A stretch of 64,000 bases of DNA from Octopus bimaculoides (Eukaryota). The notes beneath the pieces are model-generated. The model was not told the DNA's origin. It saw nothing but the letters and a program-made list of their open reading frames with translations, and did no database searches. How positions within the stretch are numbered: position 1 is the first letter of the stretch; each line of letters begins with the position of its first letter. Both the position numbers and the translations under genes were made by a program. Shown here piece after piece: positions 12,964 to 26,226 of this stretch. The stretch lies in NCBI RefSeq assembly GCF_001194135.2, contig NC_068988.1, positions 94,335,719 through 94,399,718 of the forward strand. Direction: 5' to 3'.

Positions 12964-13553
12964 AGCAGCTTCTCACTTCCTTTGCCGCACGAAAACTTTA
13001 GTGTTGAGACAAGATATAATATTAACTTTGGCACCAATTCTCCAAATAGCATTCAGATGAAATGCTTCAGTGTACACAGATGACAGAGATTTATATCTAT
13101 TAGTCGCTGTTGAAGTAACAACTTATATATTTTTATCATCATAATATTTTCTTATGTTGGCCAATACATGTTTTATTTGATTCCCTGAAATACTTCTCTA
13201 TGACAGAAAGAATTCGCCAAGTTTACTTTAGAGAAAAGATCCGTTTAATATTGATATCTTTAACAGTATTCCAGGATATATTATGTAGATTAGCTGATAC
13301 ACATTTCGTGATATATCCATTTCGACAGTTTGAATGTTGCTCGACATAAGAATCATTGTATTACTCGTATACCTTATATCGTTAGCTGATTTAAAGCCGA
13401 TCATCACTTCAATGGGAAAATATTACCAGTCATTTTAGAAAGCTAATTATCGAATTAATAATCGGCATATTGTAAAATAACTTTGGTAGATTCACTGGTC
13501 TGTGAAGGCTTGCAAAAGCGTTGCAGTTATCGCTTTCTACAGACCTGCAGATA

Positions 13554-13616
<63 letters not shown>

Positions 13617-13725
13617 CACGTGCACTTATATATAAACTTAGATAAACTTAGATATGTTTCAACCAAAGATTGGTCCAGGCCATGTCTAACTTAATAGCAC
13701 CACCTGATAGATATATAAATACACA

Positions 13726-14032
13726 TGTGGCAAGAAGCTTGCTTCCAAACCACATGGTATCGAGTTCAGTCCCACTGCGTGGTACCTTGGGGAAGTGTCT
13801 TCTACTATAGCCTCGAGCCGACCAAAGCCTTGTGAATGAATATGATAGGCAACACTGAATGGAGACCGTGTGTCTCTCTGGGCCTGTGTTTGTTTCCCCA
13901 CCACCACCACAGCTTCACCACTGGTGCTGGTGTATTTACGTCCCTGTAACTTAGCCGTTCGCCTTCAGAGACAGATATAATAAGTACGAGGCTTTTAGAA
14001 AATAAGTACTAGGGTTGATACATTCGAGTAAA
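13726..14032 (+). mobile_element. tRNA-derived SINE family B (long form)
   Basis: AGAAGCTTGCTTCC..CCACATGG..GTTCAGTCCCACTGCGTGG head, CORE-like CCTTGGGGAAGTGTCTTCTACTATAGCC, then a long tail shared with 20205-20400. Confidence 0.85.
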
Positions 14033-14412
14033 AATTTTCCTCTTCTATTTTCCTTTTTTCTTTTTTCTTTTTTCTTTCTTCTCTTTCTCTTCCTTTTTTA
14101 CATTTGTTCACTTTTCTTTATTCCTCTTTTCCTGTTTTCGATTTGACCTTACAAATACATTCCCTACTTTTAGGTCACTTTAAACAAGACCCTTGATTCA
14201 ATAGCACTGTGTTACAAATTTTATACTTGGAATGACCAAATTTAGATACAATAGCATTTTACGCACAAGGTAATGGAATCTTATATGTATACCACTCTAC
14301 CTAAATAATGAATCTACAAATGCAATATCCCTGCATATCTTACATCTGTTTTCATTCCTCCACTTCACTCTCTATTTCGTATCTTATCTAAATTAACTAT
14401 TGCTTAACCATT

Positions 14413-14956
14413 NNNNNNNNNNNNNNNNNNNNNNNNNNNNNNNNNNNNNNNNNNNNNNNNNNNNNNNNNNNNNNNNNNNNNNNNNNNNNNNNNNNNNNNN
14501 NNNNNNNNNNNNNNNNNNNNNNNNNNNNNNNNNNNNNNNNNNNNNNNNNNNNNNNNNNNNNNNNNNNNNNNNNNNNNNNNNNNNNNNNNNNNNNNNNNNN
14601 NNNNNNNNNNNNNNNNNNNNNNNNNNNNNNNNNNNNNNNNNNNNNNNNNNNNNNNNNNNNNNNNNNNNNNNNNNNNNNNNNNNNNNNNNNNNNNNNNNNN
14701 NNNNNNNNNNNNNNNNNNNNNNNNNNNNNNNNNNNNNNNNNNNNNNNNNNNNNNNNNNNNNNNNNNNNNNNNNNNNNNNNNNNNNNNNNNNNNNNNNNNN
14801 NNNNNNNNNNNNNNNNNNNNNNNNNNNNNNNNNNNNNNNNNNNNNNNNNNNNNNNNNNNNNNNNNNNNNNNNNNNNNNNNNNNNNNNNNNNNNNNNNNNN
14901 NNNNNNNNNNNNNNNNNNNNNNNNNNNNNNNNNNNNNNNNNNNNNNNNNNNNNNNN
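14413..14956. other. Assembly gap (N run)
   Basis: Ns. Confidence 0.99.
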
Positions 14957-14998
<42 letters not shown>

Positions 14999-15004
14999 CG
15001 TAAA

Positions 15005-15218
15005 TTTCACTCTTTCTTCCTGTTTCTGTTTTACCTGTATTTCAAAGGGCCAGCCTTGTCACACTGTGTCACGCTGAATCTCCCCCGAGAACTACGTTAA
15101 GGGTACACGTGTCTGTGGAGAACTCAGCCACTTGCACGTTAATTTCACGAGCAGGCTGTTTCGTTGATCGGATCAACTGGTACCCTCATAATTGTAACCG
15201 ACGGAGTGCCACGACGAC
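15005..15218 (+). mobile_element. SINE family D2, 3' part
   Basis: Reverse complement of 54672-54830 (GGCCAGCCTTGTCACACTGTGTCACGCTGAAT...CACGAGCAGGCTGTT). Confidence 0.85.
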
Positions 15219-15302
15219 GTGTCTGTGTAGATATATATTTTATTATATTATATTATATTATACTATATTATATTGTTATATTATATTATATTATATTTTG
15301 TA

Positions 15303-15519
15303 AAGGCGGTGAACTGGCAGAACCTTTCACATGACTGGCAAAATGCTGAGCAGCATTTCGTGTATCTTAATGTACCGAGTTCAAATTCTGCCGAGGTCGA
15401 CTTTGCCTTTCATTCTTACGGAGTCGATGAAATAAGTACCAGTTGAGCACTAGGGTTGATATAATCGACTTACCGCCTCCCCCGAAATTACTGGACTTGT
15501 GCCAAAATTTGAAACCATA
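15303..15519 (+). mobile_element. SINE family A, full length (GCCAAAATTTGAAAC tail)
   Basis: AAGGCGGTGAACTGGCAG head, GAGTTCAAATTC B-box and core. Confidence 0.88.
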
Positions 15520-18500
15520 TTATATTGTATTATGAGGAGAAATGAGTGCCGTTCAGCTTTATACTTTCCTCCAACACTTTTGTCGGGAATTGAAAGTTCC
15601 TCGATTAATGTCTGACTGGTTGGTATACTTTGCTTCACAGCGCAAATCAGTTTTCTCTTAAAGAATATTTTTCTAAAATATACCGATTTCCCCGCCTACT
15701 TGTCTACAATATTCTACACCTACTTAGCGTTTCTCTCCCTCCTACCTTGGCAACTACAGTAAAGTCTCTGTGTCATTGATGAAGTATTCTTAGACTGTTA
15801 AATGTGCGGAACTGTTTCCCGAAATTGCCAGATTAATTAAATTATCTATCTTACCCTAATATTTTCATTTCCCCACCAAATAAATATTTGCAATTGGCTT
15901 GTCGGTACCCATTTAAAAAAAAAAGAAAGAAACAGTCTGACACTAACCTGACTGTCATTTCATGCAGATAGCGTCCCTGGGTTGTTTCTCAGTAATTTCT
16001 TCTCTAAAATATGTGTTAAGAAATTTACATACGATTTGTCTCTGTCTCGAAACAGGTAGACAGGATTAGAAATATAGACATGGTAGAGGATTTCAAATAT
16101 AGGCATTGTAGAAATATATTGGATTCGCTACTTAGCCATCATTGAAAAGATTCTTTTTCTTGTGTTTATGAATATTCATAAAGTCTTTCAGCGTACAGCG
16201 TGGAATCAGATTTCTCACTCGGTGTTTTCTTTCTTGTTATTATTGCGCTGAATAGCAACGCAAAAATGTTTATGCCAGGGATATAACTGATTTAATAAAG
16301 TTTTAAACAAAAGACATTATTTCGATATTTATTAGTTGAATTAGAGTAATATAACGACATATTTACCACCAACTATTTCAATGTTTAAAGAAAAAAACAA
16401 ATACGATTTAATTTGATATCATTTTGAGGTATTGTCATTTATATTCTTCTTGCTTTATTTTCCAATAAAGATGCCAATGTTGTCATCGTCACAACGGCTT
16501 TCCCCAAAGGCGAAATTTGGGGATAAACAAAAAGAAAATAAACTGTAACACCAATACTGACGTATACGATGACAGCCTGAACGACAACTATAACAACGAC
16601 GAGTTATAGTAGCAGTAGTAGCGGGAACTTTGGCAGAAAACGAACGATGCGAGTGAAAGAAATACTAGCAGCACGAATATTAACCTTGACAGCAGTTCAT
16701 ACGATGCTATAGGTGAAAATGTAAATTAACAGGACTTGCGGAGAAAATTATTAAAAAAGAAGCAGGAAAAAATTTTTAAAAAGCTATCACGTGGATAGAC
16801 ACATCACTAAATATTTCCATTTAGTTTTTTTTTTTTTTGTCTTTGTTTAAAGAAGCTAAATATTAAATATATTAGAAATTGAATTTTAAAAAAAGGTATA
16901 TAACAAAAAGAATTCGTTGTACATAGGAAATAATAGAAAATATACATTTTTTTTCCATTGAATGTCTGGTGTTGCATCCAACTCTGTTTCCCCTGGCAAA
17001 TAAAAAGGAAGAAGTCGAGTCGAAGTAAATCAATGCAAAATTTCTTAAAGAAAGTTACTTAAAATCTACTCTATTGACCAAAACGATAATATGCAGATCA
17101 TATTCGGCAGATTTCGACAGCAGAAACGAAGTAGCATACGCCCCAGAGGCAAAAATAATCAAGACGAGAGAAAAAGAATAGCCAAGCTAAAACATTTTTC
17201 TTCTATTTTTTTCTTTTCTTTACTTTTTTTTTTTCAAAACTAGGCAAAGGAATCGTTAGTTAGTGGCAGCTAGCTAGCAGACCTATTGATATGCTGATAT
17301 AAACTTACTGCTAACGGTTTCCACATTTAAATGTGTCCCTGGAAGCTGGTATTAGCTTTCACAATTCCCATCATTTGACTAGTGACATGTATTTGTCTCT
17401 TGCTATATGCTATTATAACCAGTAGCTGATTGACACAACTAATCATTAAAATCGTTATTGTTATTGTTATTTGTAAATCATTAAAACTCTGTTAAAATCT
17501 AATAGTAACCCACAACTTGTAACTATTTGAAGTCTTTGACTCAGTATTCCAACATGTGGCAACAAAGGACTTTTGTACTTTTTAAATTAATTAGTGTGAT
17601 AGATAATGAGAATGAAATGCAAAATAAAATATTACTGAAGAGGATCCCCCTCCTCTACCCACCACAATACACTTGTGTTCTCTATCTCTCTGTTCACACC
17701 CAGATTAATATGCAAATTTATTCTTTGGTTAATCCAAGTTTAATCATCAGTTAATTGTATATTTATTTATTTTTTAACGAAGATAACTTTTTTTCTGCAG
17801 AATATGAAACAATTCATCACAAAAGCAGAAATTTACAGTAAATATATTTTGTGGGAAGTGAAATGTGTTGTTGAAGTGAAATAAAATATGAATGCATATG
17901 TAATAAATAACAAGTTCTTAATTTGGTACCGATTTCACATCAGGGGGTTAATCTAGTTTATTTAGGAGACACCAATAGTCGACTAAATAAACCACACTCT
18001 ATTAATATTTTTCCAGTGACCATGGAGTATCCTCATTTTTTTTTTTTTGTCAGCATCTGCATCTTTACAAAGAATTTAGTTTTTCGCTTAAAGAATATAT
18101 AACTCAAAATACAATGTCCACATGAAAAGTAATAGCAAGTTAAAGGTTACATATTTCAGTTCACTAAAGCAGGGCATCTCAATATTTCTTAATGATTGTG
18201 TCCCTGAAACGATAATAAAAAAAGCACACTTGGCAATGGAGAGTTAAAAACTGCTTTAACGTTAAAAATTGAATAAAACTACAGAAATCTGTTGCCCTGT
18301 ATTATATATCATAATTGTGTATAACAAAATTATGACTTTGTAAATAGACGAACCTCTCTATCAACAGATCTTTATGCCATTATATTTTTCAAAATTTTAA
18401 ACGTCATCTGTAGTTTCAGCATCGTTCTTGCACATTATTTTGCATTCTTAAGGTTCTAATTTCACATTTGTTTATTACAGGAATATAATGAAACACAAAA

Positions 18501-19578
18501 ACTATTCTTTAATTATAGCTGAAACACTATAGAAGTAAGTTGATATATTTGAGCATCTTTCTCAACAATATTTTCAAATTTAATGGTATGTAGTTAATTT
18601 CAATGAAGTTTTATCATCTGAAAGCATTTTTGTCTTAGTTTTATTTAAATTTCAAAATATTTAAAAACATATTGGATTCAAAGAGAGGACGTGTAAAATT
18701 TTATTAGCCAAGATAATTTCAGCACAACCCCAAACTAAACAGAAATTCGATCTAGCAGCCCGGTAGTAAGAAAAATATGGTTTAGAACTAATTATTCAAG
18801 CACTCAAAACATTGGCAAACATAGAATTGTTAAAATATATTTTTTATGAGATATTTATGGAGTTGTCCTTGGAAGAATGATAGAGATGATGTTATCGGAG
18901 GTTAAAGTGACATACATTTACATTTGATGACTCAGTCTGAATACCAAAATAAAAAGAAAATTACACTACGATACAACTAAAAGAAAAATACTACCCACTA
19001 GAGATTTTGATTAAAGAGAAATAAAGGTTAATTCTAATAAAACCCACGTATTAAGTGTGTGTAAAATGGTATTGACCATTTTTTAAAAATACAAACACTA
19101 CATCAGTATCCTTTGCTCAGAAGCCTGTACTCTACGCCGAGAGCATACTTATGATTGCAAACTCAAACATTTCTAGCGATATTGAAATGTTAAGTAATGT
19201 ATAGGCATATTGAGTTCAAGCTTTCTCCCTTAATATATGCAACAGTTATATATTTAGGCTGTTCTAAGTTTTCATGCATGTACGCATGGTTATTTTCAGG
19301 GTAGTTATCCCTGTATGATGTGGATTGCTAAAGTTGTAGCTTGATGGTGTTTGTAGTTTAAAGAATATAATTAAACTACATAGAAGTAATTTTTGACTGT
19401 TCTTCTACGGTAAAGAGTAATAGTAAATCTAAGCGTTGGTCGTGTGGTAGATGCAATTGTTTAGCAGTTGTGATTATTTGTTCGCTCTCTGGGTTGGCCA
19501 AACTATGGATACTTTCGTTGAAGCTCTTTAAAAAACTAGTATTTTCACAAGTAGTAGAATAACAAATAAGGCGTGACT

Positions 19579-19726
19579 GTGTGATAACAAGCTTGCTTCC
19601 CAACCACATGGTTCTGGGTTCAGTCCCACAGCGTGGCATCTTGGACAGGTACCTTCTACTAAAACCTCATACCGACTAAAACCTGGTGAGTGGATTTCGT
19701 TGACGGAAATCGCAAAAATCCCGTTG

Positions 19727-19728
<2 letters not shown>
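19579..19728 (+). mobile_element. SINE family B (short form ending in (AT)n)
   Basis: AAGCTTGCTTCCCAACCACATGGTTCTGGGTTCAGTCCCAC...GTGAGTGGATTT...GACGGAAA. Confidence 0.85.
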
Positions 19729-19760
<32 letters not shown>

Positions 19761-19770
19761 TTATTTATTA

Positions 19771-19932
19771 CCCATACGCAGCGTTACTCATTTTTGCCAG
19801 CTAAGTGGACTGGAGTAACGTGAAATGAAGTGTTTTGCTCAAGAACACAACGCGTCGCCCGGTCCAGGAATCGAAACCACAATCTTACGATCATGATGCT
19901 GAGACCCTAACCATTAAGCCACGCTCCTCCAC
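19771..19932 (-). mobile_element. CORE-type SINE family C, 5' part
   Basis: Minus strand: TGGCTTAATGG A-box, GTTTCGATTCC B-box, TGTGTTCTTGAGCAAAACACTT..CTCCAGTCCACTTAGCTG CORE-like block. Confidence 0.82.
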
Positions 19933-20031
19933 TGCCACCACTTTATACTAAGAAGATATTTTAACTATTTTTTTTTTGTATTTTATGTGTGCATGATAGT
20001 CTCATTTTCATAAAATGTGATGAGCAGTACA

Positions 20032-20138
20032 TGCAAAGTCGACCTCGGTGGAATTTGAACTCAGAACGTAAAAACAGACGAAATACCGGTAAGCATTTCG
20101 CCCCAGTGTGCTACTGGTTCTGCCAGCTCACTGCCTTA
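20032..20138 (-). mobile_element. SINE family A, head only
   Basis: GCAAAGTCGACCTCGGTGGAATTTGAACTCAGAACG...CTGCCAGCTCACTGCCTT. Confidence 0.88.
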
Positions 20139-20204
20139 GAGCAAAGATAAATAAGCCAAGGCATTTCGTCGCCATTAAGACAAAACTGTATTTTTTATGT
20201 TACG

Positions 20205-20600
20205 TGTTTCAGTCATTTGACTGCGGCCAAGCTGGGGCACGGCCTTGAAGAATGTTTAGTCGAATGAATCGACCCCAGTACTTATTATCATTATTCTTTT
20301 AAATCTGGTACTTATTCTATCGGTCTCTTAGGCCGATCGCTAAGTTATGGGGACGTAAACACATCAGCGTCGGTTGTCAAATGGTGTGGGGAAACAAACA
20401 CAGACACAAAGACATACGTACATATAATTATATACACACGATGGGCTTCTCTCAGTTTCCATCTACCAAATCCACTCACAAGGCTTTGGTCAGGCCGACT
20501 AAGAATACACTTAGTTGTCTAAGGTGCCACGCAGTAGAACTGAACCCGGAACCATGTGGTTGGGAAGCAAGCTTCCTACCACATAGCCACACAAGCGCCT
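20205..20600 (-). mobile_element. SINE family B, full length
   Basis: Reverse complement of the 13726-14032 family, including the head (AGGCGCTTGTGTGGCTATGTGGTAGGAAGCTTGC) and the tail (GCCGCAGTCAAATGACTGAAAC). Confidence 0.88.
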
Positions 20601-21639
20601 GTATATCGATAGAGGTATATTAATGGATCCAATCTAATACCACCACAAGATAATTACATGTACAGCCATAGGCTACGGTGCAGATGTACTCTTTTGGATA
20701 TGAACCAGCCAAAACTATGCCTGAGGTATGGCTATATACTGCTGTATATGCTAAGAAGTATATACATTGAAGTGGTTACATGCTTAACTTCATTGTGTTT
20801 AATAGAAGAATCTTTATTAGTTAATGTTTCGCAATGTTTTTTCGCGTCAATCTACCATTCCATCATTGTCTGGCAGCCTGGCATTTTGACTGTATTTTTA
20901 GCTACTACTACACTTCCTCTCCCCCTCTGTATAGTATCTCAGTTCTTCTCCTATTCTTTCTCTCCCTCCCTCACCACTTAATCTCCGACTTCAAACTTCC
21001 TTCCCTATTTCTGTGTTTCTTTTTTTCTTCAATCCATTTACAAGTCCATTCAGTCTGCCGCTGTCCGTGGGTATTTCATTTAATCGCTAATATTCCATGC
21101 TGTGTGTGCTGCTGTGCTGCAATGTGCTCTCTCCAATACGTACGGTGTGGAAGGCTTGTAACAAAGAGGTCAAACAAACAATTAACCCCTCATTCTTTAT
21201 CGAAATTAAATCAGACCTAATAGTCCAACTTCAGTCTCCACAAATGTCCAAGCTACTCTTGTTGTTTGATGTGATAGTATCTAGATTCAAAATTTTCGTC
21301 GATTCGTTTTCACTGTCATTTAGAAGAAAAGACAAAGTTGATCACTAAAATAATTGAATATTGATTATTTATTTTATCAGTTTATATTGGCAAATAGCTG
21401 GAGTGATGGAGGTGTCAACATGGCCATACGCCCAAGGTACAGATCTCAATCTGTAAAAGAATTGCATTAACTAAGAATAAACTCTTTGCTCTACTTGATA
21501 GTACCAAAATCATACTTCACTGTAGTAACGGCTGAAATCATTAGAGAGGTATCGATAATGGACAAACGCAAGCATCAGATTGGAAACACTGGAATGGTTC
21601 GTGATTAATGGAAGGGATTAATAGTCGTAGACATAAAGA

Positions 21640-21754
21640 CATGTATATATTATATACGCATACATCTACATATACATACATGCATATATATTTATATGGA
21701 CACTTAAAAAGTATACACACACATGTTTGTGTATATGTACATACATATAAATAT

Positions 21755-21819
<65 letters not shown>

Positions 21820-21963
21820 CACATATACATATATATACATATACATATATATATATGCATATGTACATGCATATATTACATATATAACGAATGTACGTAC
21901 ACATACATATAAACATAAATATACTCGTATATATACATATATATGTACACACACTCACTCACT

Positions 21964-22037
<74 letters not shown>

Positions 22038-22096
22038 CATATATTTATATATATGGATATATGCATGTTATACATATATATGGATATAAGATACAA

Positions 22097-22160
<64 letters not shown>

Positions 22161-22211
22161 ATAAATATATATGTATAAATAAATATATATATATGTATGT
22201 TATATATATAT
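21640..22211. repeat. (AT)n/(AC)n/(ATAC)n compound microsatellite
   Basis: Directly visible; runs into a gap. Confidence 0.95.
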
Positions 22212-22593
22212 NNNNNNNNNNNNNNNNNNNNNNNNNNNNNNNNNNNNNNNNNNNNNNNNNNNNNNNNNNNNNNNNNNNNNNNNNNNNNNNNNNNNNNNNN
22301 NNNNNNNNNNNNNNNNNNNNNNNNNNNNNNNNNNNNNNNNNNNNNNNNNNNNNNNNNNNNNNNNNNNNNNNNNNNNNNNNNNNNNNNNNNNNNNNNNNNN
22401 NNNNNNNNNNNNNNNNNNNNNNNNNNNNNNNNNNNNNNNNNNNNNNNNNNNNNNNNNNNNNNNNNNNNNNNNNNNNNNNNNNNNNNNNNNNNNNNNNNNN
22501 NNNNNNNNNNNNNNNNNNNNNNNNNNNNNNNNNNNNNNNNNNNNNNNNNNNNNNNNNNNNNNNNNNNNNNNNNNNNNNNNNNNNNNNNNNNNN
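22212..22593. other. Assembly gap
   Basis: Ns. Confidence 0.99.
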
Positions 22594-22640
<47 letters not shown>

Positions 22641-22707
22641 TAAATTCATACATGTATGATTGTGTGCGCGTGTGTGTATGCGAGTGTGTCTGTGTGCCTG
22701 CGTGTGC

Positions 22708-22801
22708 GAAGGCACATGGCCTAATAGTTAAGATGTTGCACTTGAGATTGTGGCTTCGATTCACGGCTCAGACAGTGCGTTGTGTTCTTGAGAAAAACAC
22801 T
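22708..22801 (+). mobile_element. SINE family C, head fragment
   Basis: GGCACATGGCCTAATAGTTAAG..GGCTTCGATTCAC..GTTGTGTTCTTGAGAAAAACACTT. Confidence 0.7.
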
Positions 22802-23046
22802 TAAACACGAGAAGCACCGCAATCACCTTGATATCTCACATGTGACACACCGGGGGCACCCATACAGCCAATATTGACTTGACCGTGGGAATGAGTTTAC
22901 GGACAACACAAATTTTTGATGACTTTAAGAAAATCCTTTCTGCAATTCTTTCTGCACGAAATTGCACATCCCTCATGTGTCGTCTACGACAGGAGAGTCA
23001 GGATCAACGAGAGGATCATGTATGTAAGTACATGTTGTTGCAGTTG

Positions 23047-23350
23047 GTGTTTGTTCCTTCTCGAGCCATACCTGACTCATAAGGTCTGGTTTCCGGGTTT
23101 CATTGAGGTATAGGTTTCCCCACCTGGACGGGACGGCGGTCCATCTCACATGAGCTGCTAGATGCAAAAGGAAAGAGTGAGAGAAAGTTGTGGTGAAAGA
23201 GTCAACAGAAATTCGTCATTACCTTCTGCCGGAGGCGCGTTGAGCTTAGGTGTTTCGCTCATAAACACACACATCACCCGCTCTGAGATTCGAACTCGTG
23301 ATCCCTCGACTGCGAGTCCACTGCTCTGGTCACTCAGCCATGTGCCTCCA
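23047..23350 (-). mobile_element. tRNA-derived SINE family D, full length
   Basis: Minus head GGAGGCACATGGCTGAGTG..GAGTTCGAATC. Near-identical organisation to 25927-26226. Confidence 0.88.
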
Positions 23351-23867
23351 CATGTAAGTATATAGATTCACTAAATTCGTTACTCTCTAATATATATGTG
23401 TCAGTGTGTACGTGTATGCATGTATGTAGGTAAGTGTATAACACTGGCACCATTCAAGACACTATGGAGTATGACAGCATTTCGCGGTTATATTTTTGAT
23501 GCATTTCTTCATTCTTATAGACTGTCAATATAACAAAGCGGTATATGGATATGTGACCATCTGCTGAGCCCAAGACTTAACTGCTTGTGACACCCACAAC
23601 AATTCCCTGACGGATGCGGCTACTTCGGTAACCGGAAAATCGCGACGGTTCCTGCAAAATTAAACATTTCATGCCGCCACCTGTAGCAAAACAAGGGAAG
23701 TCTCTGTATTTCTTTGTCCCAGACTGGCCTCAAATCCCGTCTGCTGTGGTCAAGGTGCAGCTAAATATCATCTACTTCAATCTTGCTATCCTCGACGGGC
23801 CCACTTCATCAATCGATTATTGGTGTCAGTTCTACATTATATTGGTTTCTAATTTTTGCACAAAGCC

Positions 23868-24031
23868 AGCAAGTTCGGGGAGAGGGGGTAAATGTTCAAC
23901 TGGTACTTGTTTTAACGACACCGAAAGGGTGAAAAGGCAAAGTCGACCTCGGCGGGATTTGAACTCAGAACGTAAGACGGACGAGATGCCATTGAGTATT
24001 CTGCATGGCGTGCTACCGCTTCTGCCCGCCT
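23868..24031 (-). mobile_element. SINE family A, diverged
   Basis: AACTGGTACTTG..CGACACCGAAAGG..GCAAAGTCGACCTCGGCGGGATTTGAACTCAGAACG. Confidence 0.85.
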
Positions 24032-24378
24032 ACATTGTATTAGCACGAGCTTTCAGGAGAATGATGTAGCGAGAAAGGTACATAGTTAATTCGAGATCGA
24101 CTGAGGCATTCATTATTTGACTATTAAGTACATTAATAAAAATCGAGGTTCTCTATTGAGTAAGTATTTGATAATATTGATTTAAACATCGTTTCAAAAA
24201 CAAGCACACCCCTTTGATAACTAACAGAGTAGGGTTTATATTTCCTTCAGGACTGAACACGTAACGGGTGGTGTGTATTAAGTTCGATTCCAGTAAAAAA
24301 TACATTTTACAAGCTGTTTTGTTTTTTCCTATTCAACACATCAGCCCCAACCCATGCACGTAGTTCTTCTGATAGCTA

Positions 24379-24551
24379 CAAGTTCGTGCTGAAAAGTTCA
24401 TTGAGTAAAAGAAAATACGGGAGGAACGGTTAATTATGATTTTATTCGACATATTCCCCTCTCAGATTCACACACTTCTTGCAGCTCGGAAAATTCTTTT
24501 ACAGGCCTTTCGTGATAATCTTACAGCCAAGAACGTTTCAGCTCCCTCTCG
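24379..24551 (-). mobile_element. Mariner-derived MITE (about 170 bp)
   Basis: Degenerate TIRs TA|CAAGTTCGTGCTGAAAAGTTC and GAACGTTTCAGCTCCCTCTCG. The minus strand reads CKKCVNLRGEYVE*, the typical C-terminus of mariner transposases. Confidence 0.75.
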
Positions 24552-25926
24552 TTTATGAATGTCCACACTCATCAGGGAGTATCGTCTTTCGGATGCTCAC
24601 CCTCTATTTTATATTTCAAAATTATGGGACGTATGTGTTCCGTTAGTAGAGAAAGGGTTAAACATGTCCCGGCTGACACTGAAAGTATTAGAGACAGAAA
24701 ACGAAACACCGACCCCTTCAGGCGAAAGATCGTCACACAACTTATTTACCAAGTTGTTACTTTAATTTCAGGTATGGTTAATAATTCATACCATAATTAA
24801 GTTGTAGGAATAATTGCTAGTTGTAATTAAAAATTCAGTTAATTATCCACTGAATTGTTAACGCATTATACAAGAGAATAGAGATATTTCTATTGCTACA
24901 TTGTATAAGTGCGGCACTGTTAGAAATAACGCTCATCGTCATGTTTAAATATTCTAACAGTTACTTAATTTACACTTTTCATAATTGCTGATTATTCTTA
25001 TCAATGTGGTCCATTGATTTTGGGATCTACTTTGTAGTGCTTCATACAAGAATTACAGCCAACTATTGTTATCAAAGTAGCCTATCTGTTTACACATTTC
25101 TCTATTATATTGCATTTTCTCCCCCGGGTAATTTTATATTAAAGTTGTTAGATTCCTATAAACTAAACAAGTGTCTAGAAAATTGCACTGAACTGTTAGA
25201 TCTACTTAAAGACCTTATGAATATTTTCGATCTATTTTATTTTCAATGATACCAGTTGAAATAAAACGCAACTGTAATTATTCTTCTACATTGATCATTT
25301 ACATACTTATAAACTTCAGATTTATAATGACTTCACTTGCGATTTTATAAAGTTCATGCCTTTATAGATGACAATAAAGACTCAAGTGAAGTGAATTCGT
25401 TTTCGACTCCACTTGGTGAAAATTTACATCTTGCCAAACGGCCGCAAAATTACAATTATTTCTATATACACACAATTGTTTTGTTATGTCCTGATATTCA
25501 TAGAAACAAGAGATTCTGTGATATTTATGCCTGCTATGCGTTCATATAGATTTAAAATTGAAGGTGCTAGAAATAGCACCGAAATATCATATTTTGTATA
25601 AATGTATTTATTATAAGTATTTTAAAATACTTATAAAATCTTGGATTTCGAAATTTCTGAAACCCACATTACATTCTAATAATGATCAGTGGCACAATCA
25701 AACCAAACGGCAAGGAATTATGCAGTTGTCTAGTCTCAAGATTTGGTGCTACAGAGGTTATCACAATTTACTTGTTCTATACTGTTTAGGAATGTTTGGT
25801 GGACAATGCTTCAAATAGATTATATATGGAATACTGTTTTACGCATTCGTAAATTCAAACGTATTTACACTTACATGCATGCATAAATTTATATATGTAT
25901 TAATAATTAATTCTCTACTATGTTGC

Positions 25927-26226
25927 TGTTTGTTGCTTCTCGAGCCATGCCTGGCTCATATGGGCCGGTTTAATTGCCGTATAGGTTTCCCACCTGGATG
26001 GGACACCGGTCCGTCGCAGGTGAGCTGCTAGATGCAGGAGGAAAGAGTGAGAGAAAGTTGTGGCGAAAGGGTCAGCAGAGATTCGCCATTACGTTCTGCC
26101 GGAGCCGCGTGGAGCTAAGGTGTTTTGCTCATAAACACACACGTCACCCGGTCTGAGATTCGAACCCATGATCCTTCGATTGCGAATCTGCTACTCTGCT
26201 ACTCTAACCATTAGGCCATGTGCCTA
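25927..26226 (-). mobile_element. SINE family D, full length
   Basis: Aligns end to end with 23047-23350. Confidence 0.88.

Noticed and set aside
21608-22804. 398-aa ORF and similar long ORFs at 14400, 28554, 29716, 29772 and 54245
   Set aside because: They are translations of (AT)n/(AC)n tracts and N gaps.
24555-24600. Hammerhead on the minus strand (GAAA...CTGATGA)
   Set aside because: Only 11 nt lie between GAAA and CTGATGA, too short for stems III and I, and no stem II pairing is present.
24640-24665. piggyBac-type end (AAAGGGTTAA)
   Set aside because: No matching TTAACCC left end within plausible distance.
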